Part shown: one piece after another, positions 51,287 to 61,201 of the stretch | Numbering within the stretch: the first letter of the stretch is position 1 | How the letters are laid out: each line of letters opens with the position of its first letter | Assembly (NCBI GenBank): GCA_049599475.1 | Contig: JBMYOQ010000013.1 | Span: forward strand, 1 to 64,000 | DNA: 64,000 nucleotides | Direction: 5' to 3' | Origin: Opitutales bacterium | GTDB taxonomy: Bacteria; Verrucomicrobiota; Verrucomicrobiia; Opitutales; JABSRG01 | Notes under the pieces: model-generated | What the model saw: only the letters and a program-made list of their open reading frames with translations | What the model was told of the DNA's origin: nothing | The model's database searches: none | Translations under genes and position numbers: made by a program

Positions 51287-52075
51287 ATGTGCGCTTACAT
51301 GCTACAACCCGGCTCGCCTACGCTGCTTAAATCCAAGGAGCGCAAGGTCACTGGGCGCGTGCATTCGATCGAATCCTGCGGAACTGTTGACGGACCGGGC
51401 ATCCGGTTCGTCCTCTTCCTCCAGGGATGCTTGATGCGGTGTAAATACTGTCACAACCGGGACACTTGGGACCTAGATGCAGGCAAGGACATGAGCGTCG
51501 ACGACGTCATGGCCGAGCTCAAGAGCTGCCGGCGCTTCTTTAAAAGCGGAGGTATCACCGTCTCTGGCGGCGAAGCGCTTTTGCAAATCGAATTTGTCAC
51601 CGAGCTGTTCCGGGCGTGCAAAGCCGAAGGCATTCACACCTGCCTGGACACCAACGGCTACATTCGCCACTGCAAGCACCTCCTGGATCCGCTTTTGGAT
51701 GTGACCGATCTGGTCATGCTTGATCTGAAGCAAATGGATCCGCAAAAGCACATCGAGCTCACGCGGACACCCAATACATTCGCTATTCAATTCGCTCATA
51801 TCCTTCACGAGCGGCACCAGCCGACCTGGATTCGCCACGTCGTCGTCCCTGGCTATACCGATGATGAGGCCTCTCTCAAAATGCTCGCTGATTTTGTAAA
51901 AAACAAAAGCAACATTTCGCGGGTCGAACTCCTACCCTACCACAAAATGGGCTGCCACAAGTGGAAAGCCTTCGGAGACCGCTATCCTCTGGAAGGCGTA
52001 GAACCCCCACCGAGTAACAAAATGGATGCTATCGTGCAGCTCATGTCACAAAACGGAGTGAAGGCCGTTTACTAA
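51287..52075 (+). CDS. pflA: Pyruvate formate-lyase activating enzyme
   Basis: GTVDGPG, CLMRCKYCHNRDTW, SGGE, LPYH. Confidence 0.97.
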   Translation: MCAYMLQPGSPTLLKSKERKVTGRVHSIESCGTVDGPGIRFVLFLQGCLMRCKYCHNRDTWDLDAGKDMSVDDVMAELKSCRRFFKSGGITVSGGEALLQIEFVTELFRACKAEGIHTCLDTNGYIRHCKHLLDPLLDVTDLVMLDLKQMDPQKHIELTRTPNTFAIQFAHILHERHQPTWIRHVVVPGYTDDEASLKMLADFVKNKSNISRVELLPYHKMGCHKWKAFGDRYPLEGVEPPPSNKMDAIVQLMSQNGVKAVY

Positions 52076-52115
52076 GACCCGCAAATACCCAAGCAAGTGC
52101 TACATAGCCCTAATC

Positions 52116-52153
52116 AAAATACCCCGGTTGTGCGAGAGCGACCGGGGTATTTT
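52116..52153. terminator. Bidirectional terminator after pflA
   Basis: aaaataccccggt...accggggtatttt. Confidence 0.85.
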
Positions 52154-52180
52154 GTTATTCAATTTCTGGCTGAGCCGTGT

Positions 52181-53599
52181 CTACTGTGTGACAAAAATAT
52201 CGTCGACGTAGGCCACTTGAGCAGGACTACCGGCGGCACTATTTCTAAATTGCAGACGAACAATAATAAGCTCCGTGTATTCCGCCGGAACTGTCACTGT
52301 ATCCGAATATTCATCATAATTATAGGGGTCATACTCGAGGCCTGATAAATCACCCCATCCACTGTTGAGCCATTTGGTTTTTCCATCGGATGGTCGACGG
52401 ACTTTGATACGCATACGCGTTTCAATATCACCCACTTCGGTGGCACTGAGCGAGACACTATATCCGAGCTGAAGCTCTGCATTATCAACAATCGCGAGAT
52501 TTAGGTTTTTATGGGTCGCTTTACTGGTAGATGTCGCCTCTTTCACGGTGTGCTGCCCAGCCCATCCATCGAGCGTCCATGCAACGCCCTCGACACGCGT
52601 CATATCTCTAAAAGATTCAGACTCCAAAAAGTCTTCTGAATATAGAGGCGGATTGGGGACATACTCAATAAAGTCTGCCCAAAATGCAGGAACAGAATCG
52701 CCCATCGTTCCAAGTTCAAGGATCCACCAATTCTCTACGCAGTCGGAGTAGTCGACACCTCCGTTTTTAATAGCGCGGTTGCTCCCTTTACCTCCGACAA
52801 TACTGTCCGCAGTTGCCCAGTATGCTCGGGTGAGCGCATTGGGATTGAGCTCTGTGGACGCTCGCTCAATCCACTCTGTATCCAGGTTTTTATACTTAGG
52901 CGTCGCATTCCCATCATCATTACCGTCGTCTATCTTGAAGTAATTAGTGTGCAATTTCAGATAGTCCAAAATTGCGCTACTATCCGTTCCTCCGACGAAA
53001 CTCAGATCAGGATCATCCTCGCCGGTTTCGACACGACTTTTACCCTCATTCCAGTCACTATGCTGGACCACGACAATCGGACTACCGCCATTGCCATTGT
53101 AACTACCCTGCCCCGGAGTGAGCGTACCGCGCACAATCAGTTCATTTACCCAAGCTGACGTAATGTTGGATTGTCCGGCCTCCTGGACCCAAACACGCCC
53201 GCCACTATCTAAGATAACTTCGGCTTGATCTGCAATTCTCTGCACAGAAAGATTCCACTTATCCAAACCATCCTCACGTAAAGCATCGGTCCAGGTGTCA
53301 TCGTCTTCTGGCCCGAGGATCATTTCCATCAGGACATTCGAGTCCCAGATTCTACCGGTCTGGTTACCGTATGCATAGAGCACACCATAAACGTTGATGT
53401 CCTTATAATTTGGATGCGCTAAAATAGAACCGAAAGCAGCCTGAGCATGCACATCATCGGTATCCGGCCGGTTATCGAACTGTGCAATTAGCAGATCATT
53501 TTCTTTATCGAATGGCGGCAAAGCATCGCGATTCTGCGCGTGCGAATGAGAGATACTTGTACAGAGCACAAGCGCTAGCAGGGTATATGTTTTCTTCAT
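52181..53599 (-). CDS. Secreted hypothetical protein (nucleoside-hydrolase-like DxDD domain + C-terminal beta-sandwich)
   Basis: Signal peptide MKKTYTLLALVLC..SHA; FD..PDTDD; C-terminal EDFLE...YVDDIFV typical of CBM-like folds. Confidence 0.65.
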   Translation of the reverse strand: MKKTYTLLALVLCTSISHSHAQNRDALPPFDKENDLLIAQFDNRPDTDDVHAQAAFGSILAHPNYKDINVYGVLYAYGNQTGRIWDSNVLMEMILGPEDDDTWTDALREDGLDKWNLSVQRIADQAEVILDSGGRVWVQEAGQSNITSAWVNELIVRGTLTPGQGSYNGNGGSPIVVVQHSDWNEGKSRVETGEDDPDLSFVGGTDSSAILDYLKLHTNYFKIDDGNDDGNATPKYKNLDTEWIERASTELNPNALTRAYWATADSIVGGKGSNRAIKNGGVDYSDCVENWWILELGTMGDSVPAFWADFIEYVPNPPLYSEDFLESESFRDMTRVEGVAWTLDGWAGQHTVKEATSTSKATHKNLNLAIVDNAELQLGYSVSLSATEVGDIETRMRIKVRRPSDGKTKWLNSGWGDLSGLEYDPYNYDEYSDTVTVPAEYTELIIVRLQFRNSAAGSPAQVAYVDDIFVTQ

Positions 53600-53642
53600 A
53601 CAGGGGGTGTTGGTGATTCTGGATTGAGAGCCTTCGTATCGA

Positions 53643-56600
53643 TCATTGACTATCTGATACAGAAAGGCGCACAAAGTGTTTCGTTGCGTCGGCAGGAAGC
53701 TCGATTTCGCTGGTTACGAATTCAAATTCTGAATCATTCACATCTTCTTGCGCTGATATCTGAGATACAACAGCGGGGAGCCACGTCCCTTTAAGACTAT
53801 CTGTCTGAAACACTTCATAGCTCAGCCCATGGGCAGCTGGGTCCTGGCGTCTGCGATATACGAACTCCATGACTAGAGTATCCGCACCTTCATTTACAGT
53901 GAGACCTGGGGCGAGTAGGTAATCATCACTTGGATTCGTTGGATCACCGCCGAGCGCGAACTCCATCAAATTACTCAATCCTCCCAGATCAGGATCCGCA
54001 TTCTCTCCTTGCTCTCCAACAGGAATGCCCACGAAACTTTCGAGCCAGTCTTCAAAAGTAAGCTTGGATTCGCTCGATGGAATAAAACCGATATCTATGT
54101 TGTCAAAATAGGCGAGATAGCTCTCCGCATTTTTCCTATCGCGCACATAGAGGCGAACCCCGCTGGCTTGAGTGAAATCCAGGCCATTGAGTGCCCAATC
54201 ACCATCATTCAAATTGACTGTGTTGCTTCCCGAGACCTCTGAGGCAGTTTCCAAATTAGTCAGCGTCCAGGATAGATCGTATTCACCCGGAGTCCCCGTC
54301 TCTTGAAATATACCTCTGAATCGCTGCCATGCATCCTGCACGGGCGAAGCGCTATTCTCCGCGACTCCATCGACATAGAAATCTCCATCGCGATCTAGCC
54401 GTATCTCGGCGTTGACCGATGTTTGGTCAGAACCCAACAAATACAGCCTCACCGAATCATTACCATCTAAGTTGGAGGCACTGAGCGCTGTACTATAAAA
54501 ATCAAACTGTACCTCCAGTCCGTTGACCAGTGTCACGTTCTCAAAAAGGGCATTGATGAACTGGTCATCCTGTGTGCCGCTTCCGATTTGATTCATGAAC
54601 AGTACCTGAGAACTCGTATTTCCCAAGGTTTCCGGATTGACTCGAATTTGATACTCTCCGGCGAAGGCCGAATAGGACAACCCGATGTCTGCCTGATCCT
54701 CACCCAGGCCATCGACATCTTCATTCAATGCCAAACCGCTATTTGTGGTATCCAGAGGAGAGTCGTCTTCGAAGTCTTCCTGGAAAATTGAACTCTGAAT
54801 TACATTAAGAGTGAATTCCTGTGTATCCACATCTCCATCACTGTCTTCTACCTGAACTGTAAAATTGGAAGTACCCAAAGTGTCTGCGGTGCCAGAGATG
54901 ATTCCATCCAAGGATAGCGACAAACCCTCCGGCAAGGCACCATCGATTATCGTCCATTCGAACGGGGCGCCTAATCCAATCACCTCCAACCCAATGGAAT
55001 AAGAACGGTTTAAGGGAGCGTCTGCTAGAGAGACTGTCTGAATTTCCGGGATAGGTTCCGGCTTCACTGTTGGTGAATAATATCTGACTAATAGGTTGTC
55101 GAAATACGCGAAGTAGCCATCCCTATTTTTTCGATCCTCCACGTGCATCCGAATTCCATTCGCAACCGTCGTGTCTAATGAATTGAGTGACCAATCCCCA
55201 TCGTTCAAATCCACACGATTCACTCCCGAGCTAGATGCTGCAGTCTCGATATTGGTATATGTCCAATACAAGTCGTACTCGCCCGGCGTATCTGTAGCGA
55301 TGAAGATGCCCTCAAAGCTCTGCCAAGCATCCTGCACTGCTGTTCCCGTGACTACGGTTGATCCATCGATGACAACCTTTCCATCTCGATAGATTCCCAT
55401 CTGGGCGTTTGCAGAGCTGTCGTCTTCACCAATCAAATACAGTCTAACAGAATCCGAACTGTGTAATTCCTCGGCATTCACAACTGTGCTGTAAAAATCG
55501 AAGCTGATCTCTAGGCCGTCTACAGGAATCGTTGCATCAAAGAATCCATTGATAAACTGGCTATTCTGACTGCCATCTATGGCGTTCATGAAGAGCACTT
55601 GAGAGCTCGAATTTCCATTCGCTTCCGGATTGAGCTGCACTTGGTAGTCTCCTGCAGGATTTCCGTAGGCCTTTCCGACATCAGCGATATCCTCGCCACC
55701 GGCATCCACATCACCACGAAGCGACAGCCCTTGATCAGTGGCGTCCAAGGGAAAATCATCTTCAAAATCGTCGCTAAAGACTCGTGCACTATTCACGATG
55801 GTAATCGTGTAGCTCTGTACGAAAGTATCTCCGCTCGCATCCTCAATCTGTATCTCGATATCTGTGACAGCTTCCTCAACAGGAACACCGCTAATCACTC
55901 CATTATCGGTATCGAACGACAAACCAGAAGGGAGTGAACCACTCACCACGGACCACTCTAACGGACCATCCTCGCCACGCGATTGAAGCTCGATGGAATA
56001 TTCAGCTCCGACCACGAAATCAGGCAAGGATGCCGTGACGATAGCCGGTATATCTAGTGGAATCGTATTCCGCAATAAGATGACCCAGTCTCCATCTTCG
56101 GATATCGGAGGCGTCCCCAAATTCACACTACTCCCACTGGAAACCTCAGTGATCGCTGTCTGCCTCAAAGCACCGCCCTTTCTAGGGTCGTACCAATCGA
56201 CAGTATAGTTTCCGAAATCATTCGTGAGATCTACCGTAGTCTCTCCGCCAAACTTGAGATAGATAAGGTGAACATCGCCTGCTTTGGACAAGACCCAACT
56301 ATCCGTATTGCTGGAGATCGCATTATTGATGCTCATCTCGTGGAAGGGGATATTGTTATCGCTAAAGAATTGGAGCATGTATCGGCAATAGTCCCAATAT
56401 TCATCCCGACTTCTGAAATCCTGAAGAGTCAAATCCGATTCATCTTCTTGGTAGCCAAAGTAGAAGTTTGCCCCGGCACCCCCGGCCATAACGGTTCCCC
56501 AAAGCGCTTGCTTACGCCCATATTCTTGAGCCACATTTGATGAAAGGTCAGGTGCCAAGGCGATACTAGCATTTCCCGGCTCGTCACTGAACACCACCCA

Positions 56601-58781
56601 GGGCCTCCCGGCTTCAGCCGATTGTTCCACCCAATTTGAGACGTCTCCATATACATCATTGAAGGAACCGTTGCCCATTTGAAGGGATGCACCTGTCAAA
56701 TATGAACCTGTAGATGTATCAGGATCAAAGGGCTCCATGGGCTCCCCCTTTAGTTTTCCATACACTGCATTTTTGCCTCCGGGGTAGGTATGAATTACAG
56801 TCAGGTGACGATATGGATCATTCTCGTGGAAGAATTGCGTATAGGATTTAACGGCAGTCTGCTCCGTATCTGCCAGTTCATTATTTTCATGCATATCATT
56901 TTCTTCACCGAGGTTCCACGTAACCCCTAAGTTGTGACCAAAACGAGCCATCAACTCTCGATAATACAATTTGCGTTCTCGCCCGAGATATCCTCCGTCC
57001 AAAAGCAGATCATTCTCAGTCTCCTGCGTTTTAATATCCATGAGCATTCCGCGTTTGGTCGCGTAGGCCATGATGCGTTCCCATTGAGCCATTTTAGAAA
57101 CATCGAAACGGTCATGATATACCACACTGGCATCCCAGCGCGCATCATCTCCAATAGCCTCGTAGGCTGCGACATCATCAATCAACAGATGAGGGAAGAC
57201 ATTATCGTCGTCCCCATCCAAATTGAATGTAAGGAAGGAAAAAGAATTTAAGCGCTCGGTCCCAGATAAGTAGCGCAGCGCGCCCAATATCTCTGTTCCC
57301 TGAGTTTCGCCCGTACCTGGATTAGTCCATGTATAGAAGGCTGCATCATCCGCATCGTAGTCATCAGCGTGAGGCGCCCAGCTTTTTCGCAGGTTTCCAT
57401 TTCCATTCCTGTCATTGGGCGTGTCATCAAAATCTTCATACGCCAACATGTTCTCAGGGGAATCAGGGCCCGCTTTCATAAAATATTCTCCACTCCCGGC
57501 GAATTGGAGAAATCTTTCACCGACATAGCTCAAGCGACCGCGGTTGGGACTCCTGAAATCAAAGCCAGACTTATCACTTTCAACGATGGTAAATGAGCCT
57601 GATAGACCGTTTAATCCGCTCACCGCTGTGCCAGCATCTGAATCACCGGAAATGGCCACATCTGCCCCCTCACGAAACAGGACTTCGTAATCCCACACGC
57701 CTATTTTGTCTGGGGACAGATGGGCCCTCCATTTATCGCCTCCTGTGGCCGAAGTATTGAGCGCATTGCCATCCGCCGCAAAATATCCAGGAACGGTGTA
57801 GCTTAACCCGCTCGCACTATGCGTGAACACTACCTCCATCCGGTAATCCGTAAACGGATTGGGCGTTGCAGTCTCGCTCGAGCTCGGTCCTGTAAGGGTA
57901 AGATCGACCTTATGCCAACGCTTCAGCTGCCCTCCAATAGTAACCAGTCCATTCACGACTGGTGTATCTAATGTCTCCGTTGCCGTGTCATCGGCAAGTG
58001 GCTGATCTTGGGGTGCACCATTCAAGATATCATTGGGTATATCCGCTTCCGCGAGCAATGCCGATTCCGGGTTGCTCAAGTCACGTACGGTAGACTTTTC
58101 GCTGCTCGTATTTTGGTCGTTGTGCCGGAATAAAATACGATTGATCTTAAAATCCCGAGATCGACCTGAAATCGTGAATGTATAGATCTCTCCGGCATAT
58201 AGCCTATATTCTGCACGGCGTTTATTACCTTCTCCCCCTAGATCTATACGACTCCCAGACTCCCAAACGAATTGGTTATTATTTCCACCAAAAAATTTGT
58301 AGTGGGATCTCAAGACTTCTAGAGGTGCGTCATTATTATGATATTCGTGACTGTAAGACAGTGAATTATTTGGAATATCAAGGGGGTCTGGGTTTACGGC
58401 ATCGAAATTTCCTGTGAGCTTAATGAAGCAATCATTAGCGACATCAGTGCGGTTTGCCTGATTTAATTTAGCAGCATGGAGCTCTAGGTGATATATGCCG
58501 CCCTTGTTGATCCTAAAGCGGTACTCCAAGGGTGAATTCACCGGACCACTCGTGTAGCTATTTCCGGTAAATTCTATAGCTCCGGTTCCCGTCAAATCGG
58601 AAACGTCTGTTGTCGTATTCAGAATCCACTCACCAAAATCTGAATCCGTATTTTCAGCCTCCATGATGACAGTTCCGTCCAAGGGATCATTCGGATCAAA
58701 CGTTTCATCGTATATTCTGGGTTGCGCCTGTAAGGAGCCGAGACATGCACATGCCAAGCAGTACATACTCAGATTTTTCAT
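53643..58781 (-). CDS. Large secreted multidomain glycan-active protein (DUF5060, putative TIM-barrel GH, putative collagen-binding domain, two Ig repeats)
   Basis: NPFTDYR..GYFAADG..KWRAH; WNLGEEN; WYDPRKGG; two He_PIG-like SGSLPSGL/GALPEGL units; C-terminal DPD.GG.SNLMEFALGGDP; alternative start 58799. Confidence 0.8.
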   Translation of the reverse strand: MKNLSMYCLACACLGSLQAQPRIYDETFDPNDPLDGTVIMEAENTDSDFGEWILNTTTDVSDLTGTGAIEFTGNSYTSGPVNSPLEYRFRINKGGIYHLELHAAKLNQANRTDVANDCFIKLTGNFDAVNPDPLDIPNNSLSYSHEYHNNDAPLEVLRSHYKFFGGNNNQFVWESGSRIDLGGEGNKRRAEYRLYAGEIYTFTISGRSRDFKINRILFRHNDQNTSSEKSTVRDLSNPESALLAEADIPNDILNGAPQDQPLADDTATETLDTPVVNGLVTIGGQLKRWHKVDLTLTGPSSSETATPNPFTDYRMEVVFTHSASGLSYTVPGYFAADGNALNTSATGGDKWRAHLSPDKIGVWDYEVLFREGADVAISGDSDAGTAVSGLNGLSGSFTIVESDKSGFDFRSPNRGRLSYVGERFLQFAGSGEYFMKAGPDSPENMLAYEDFDDTPNDRNGNGNLRKSWAPHADDYDADDAAFYTWTNPGTGETQGTEILGALRYLSGTERLNSFSFLTFNLDGDDDNVFPHLLIDDVAAYEAIGDDARWDASVVYHDRFDVSKMAQWERIMAYATKRGMLMDIKTQETENDLLLDGGYLGRERKLYYRELMARFGHNLGVTWNLGEENDMHENNELADTEQTAVKSYTQFFHENDPYRHLTVIHTYPGGKNAVYGKLKGEPMEPFDPDTSTGSYLTGASLQMGNGSFNDVYGDVSNWVEQSAEAGRPWVVFSDEPGNASIALAPDLSSNVAQEYGRKQALWGTVMAGGAGANFYFGYQEDESDLTLQDFRSRDEYWDYCRYMLQFFSDNNIPFHEMSINNAISSNTDSWVLSKAGDVHLIYLKFGGETTVDLTNDFGNYTVDWYDPRKGGALRQTAITEVSSGSSVNLGTPPISEDGDWVILLRNTIPLDIPAIVTASLPDFVVGAEYSIELQSRGEDGPLEWSVVSGSLPSGLSFDTDNGVISGVPVEEAVTDIEIQIEDASGDTFVQSYTITIVNSARVFSDDFEDDFPLDATDQGLSLRGDVDAGGEDIADVGKAYGNPAGDYQVQLNPEANGNSSSQVLFMNAIDGSQNSQFINGFFDATIPVDGLEISFDFYSTVVNAEELHSSDSVRLYLIGEDDSSANAQMGIYRDGKVVIDGSTVVTGTAVQDAWQSFEGIFIATDTPGEYDLYWTYTNIETAASSSGVNRVDLNDGDWSLNSLDTTVANGIRMHVEDRKNRDGYFAYFDNLLVRYYSPTVKPEPIPEIQTVSLADAPLNRSYSIGLEVIGLGAPFEWTIIDGALPEGLSLSLDGIISGTADTLGTSNFTVQVEDSDGDVDTQEFTLNVIQSSIFQEDFEDDSPLDTTNSGLALNEDVDGLGEDQADIGLSYSAFAGEYQIRVNPETLGNTSSQVLFMNQIGSGTQDDQFINALFENVTLVNGLEVQFDFYSTALSASNLDGNDSVRLYLLGSDQTSVNAEIRLDRDGDFYVDGVAENSASPVQDAWQRFRGIFQETGTPGEYDLSWTLTNLETASEVSGSNTVNLNDGDWALNGLDFTQASGVRLYVRDRKNAESYLAYFDNIDIGFIPSSESKLTFEDWLESFVGIPVGEQGENADPDLGGLSNLMEFALGGDPTNPSDDYLLAPGLTVNEGADTLVMEFVYRRRQDPAAHGLSYEVFQTDSLKGTWLPAVVSQISAQEDVNDSEFEFVTSEIELPADATKHFVRLSVSDSQ

Positions 58782-58864
58782 CGGAGGACGGGAGATCATT
58801 GTAGAGGGATATGTGGGGGTTGGTGGTTGGTTTTTTTAAAGGGTAGAGAAGCCCTAAAAGTATT

Positions 58865-60121
58865 CTACAAATCGCTTTTCACTGCGAAATGGAGCTCTGG
58901 AGGATTATCGCTTCTCCGCGAACTCAAAAAGAAATCATTACCGCCTGGATCCATTGCGACCAGAAAGTGGTTGATACCTGGTCGTAAGGCCGTAGGCGGA
59001 AATTCAAAATCGATTGGATGCTCTGCTGTAAACTTGCCTTCAACAGATGCCAGTTCATGGCGGGGCAAAGTCTTCGATGTTTCGGGAGTCGCACCGTCGG
59101 GCAATAAAAAGAGACGCACAATCCCTTCTCCGTATTTTTCGTGCACCTTGTATTCAAAATAAAAACGCATCTTGCAGGAATACTGGACGAGCGCTTCATC
59201 CCCTAAATCAAAAGTGAGAAAAGGGGCGCTTCCTTTTAGAGGGTCCACCCTCAGGGCTCGGGATCTAGCATAACCAAAATCGTCCTCGGGATTTATGATT
59301 CTCTTCTCGAAATTTTGTACTTCCAGTTGGGCGCTATCTGAATCGACCACTTGGCGACGATTCAAGAGAACCGACTCCTCAGTATCAGAAGCTTCGAAAC
59401 TTACAGTCCCCTCTCCGACAGCAACCTGTGTATTTTCTTCGGCGCTTACGCTAAACCGGGTGCCCAAAACTCGCACAATTCCGTGGGCAGTTTCGACCAT
59501 CAAGGGTGCCCCTTCAACTTGCTTGGCCACCTTGGCTTTCAGGAAACCACGATCCAAGCGCAAGACTTTCGCACCATCTCTCTCCGAGATGAATAGCTCG
59601 GAATTCTCTGCGATTCTTATGGTCGTATCTTCTCCGATGTAATGAAACTGTAGTGACGTTTTCGAGTCCGTACTTATTCGATCCCCGACGGCAAGTGTTT
59701 GACCTTCGAGCGCCACTCGAGATTCCCCGCTTACGGGGACAATGGAAGATGTGCCATCAGGATTGTAAATCTGCTCGATCGTAGCCACAGGACGACCGTA
59801 AACCTCATTAACGTCATTCTGCGTCCACCAATAGGCTCCCGCTAAAGCTAGAAGCACCACAAAGATCGCTGCTATTTTAAAAATTACAGGGAAAGGAATC
59901 GGCACGCCCGGGCGGGGTCGACTACACTGACTCTTTTTCCTGATTCTTTGCTCTTCGTGAGTCTCGCGAAAACTCGCATCAATCAAGGTCCCTAGATGGA
60001 AATACTCCGCCGCTTCGGCGCGGCTTTTTGCTCTGCTCAACAAGGATTTCAATTCCTGGATTTCAGCCGCATCCAAGGATCCTTCTTCATGCCCGATCAA
60101 AAGCTCTTGCAATCGATTCAT
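58865..60121 (-). CDS. FecR-family anti-sigma factor
   Basis: Single TM, LDRG, VETAHG.VRVLGTRF.V, V.VGEG.V; ATGA overlap with the sigma gene. Confidence 0.88.
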   Translation of the reverse strand: MNRLQELLIGHEEGSLDAAEIQELKSLLSRAKSRAEAAEYFHLGTLIDASFRETHEEQRIRKKSQCSRPRPGVPIPFPVIFKIAAIFVVLLALAGAYWWTQNDVNEVYGRPVATIEQIYNPDGTSSIVPVSGESRVALEGQTLAVGDRISTDSKTSLQFHYIGEDTTIRIAENSELFISERDGAKVLRLDRGFLKAKVAKQVEGAPLMVETAHGIVRVLGTRFSVSAEENTQVAVGEGTVSFEASDTEESVLLNRRQVVDSDSAQLEVQNFEKRIINPEDDFGYARSRALRVDPLKGSAPFLTFDLGDEALVQYSCKMRFYFEYKVHEKYGEGIVRLFLLPDGATPETSKTLPRHELASVEGKFTAEHPIDFEFPPTALRPGINHFLVAMDPGGNDFFLSSRRSDNPPELHFAVKSDL

Positions 60122-60642
60122 AGCGAGCACGACTCCATTCTCTTATCGACACATTGCTTGAGCGTTTCTCGTGTTCGGAACAGCATTACTTTTACCGCAC
60201 TCGTACCTTTTTTCAGGACTTCGGAGAGCTGCGCAATCGACATCTGCTCTTCATGCCGCAGCCGCAAGAGTTCCGATGATTTTTGAGGTAAACGACCAAT
60301 ACACACTTTGAGGGCTTCTTCACGATCTCGCCACGTGGTCGCATCATGATTTTCCTCGAATGCCAAATCGAACAGATTAATCAGCTCACTATCGTAAACG
60401 ACCTTTGAATTAGCCTGAGACCTCCAGCGGTTTAAAACTATATTTTTTGCCACTCGGCGGCACCATGCAGCTGAGTTCGGCATTGATTTGCCCTTCTCAA
60501 TCGCACCATCGAACGCTAACCATACTTCTTGGAACACATCCTCGGCACCATCTGTACCCCCTAGGACCGTCCGGATATATGCCATCAGGGCATGCCGGTC
60601 TTCCAGGAATTGTTTATTTAGTGTCCTCCTTAGGTCTTTCAT
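60118..60642 (-). CDS. ECF RNA polymerase sigma factor
   Basis: AEDVFQEV, W...AKN, AVKVMLFRTRETLKQC. Confidence 0.92.
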   Translation of the reverse strand: MKDLRRTLNKQFLEDRHALMAYIRTVLGGTDGAEDVFQEVWLAFDGAIEKGKSMPNSAAWCRRVAKNIVLNRWRSQANSKVVYDSELINLFDLAFEENHDATTWRDREEALKVCIGRLPQKSSELLRLRHEEQMSIAQLSEVLKKGTSAVKVMLFRTRETLKQCVDKRMESCSL

Positions 60643-60914
60643 AGGGGGTTCACATAGCCATAACGCTCAGGCAGCAAAGGTTACATTTTTTTCAAATTAT
60701 AAGATGATGCGCTTCCAACAGCCACAGTTCGGAAGCTCAATTTAAGAAGTCGGATGCAATGCTCCCAAATGTCCTAGTAGCTTTAGATTGGACGCTAAGA
60801 TAAGAGGTAAAACTATCTTTAATAGCGTTATAAAAACGCCTTTACGACCCAACCCGTGCTTGATCTGCAAAAATCTGCGATTTCAGCAGAAAATTTCATT
60901 TTTCAACTTGATTT

Positions 60915-60933
60915 AATGAGAATGATTCTCACT
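60915..60933. promoter_or_regulatory. Fur-box-like operator inside a sigma70 promoter
   Basis: AATGAGAAT-G-ATTCTCACT with a perfect 7-1-7 core, between TTGATT (60908) and CACTCT (60930). Confidence 0.75.
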
Positions 60934-60941
60934 CTCACAAT

Positions 60942-61025
60942 TAAGAGGCTTGAGACCCCTCTATAAAGATAAGATGATACGCAGAAATGCCCCTGCCGGT
61001 GAGCGCCGGTAGGGGCCATTTTTTT
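60942..61025 (+). ncRNA. Putative Fur-repressed small RNA
   Basis: Promoter with Fur box, 5' hairpin agagg/cctct, A-rich linker, strong terminator, no credible ORF. Confidence 0.6.
60987..61025 (+). terminator. Intrinsic terminator
   Basis: gcccctgccgg-N6-ccggtaggggc followed by cattttttt. Confidence 0.85.
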
Positions 61026-61201
61026 GCTGAAACAATTGGAGAGCTGCCGCGGTCCATTCTGGTCCATAGGCTATTCGTGCGACTGAAGGAGATCGTCGGA
61101 TACTGCATCACAAAAGAGGCCCATTACCCAACGCGCGCAAATTGCCGTCTAATCCATTGCAGTTGCGACACGATACTTTAATAGAACCTGCTCAACTTAT
61201 C

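Noticed and set aside
60974..61191. Small ORFs overlapping the candidate Fur sRNA (12 aa from 60974; 64 aa from 60987)
   Set aside because: They start in or cross the terminator and show no protein features
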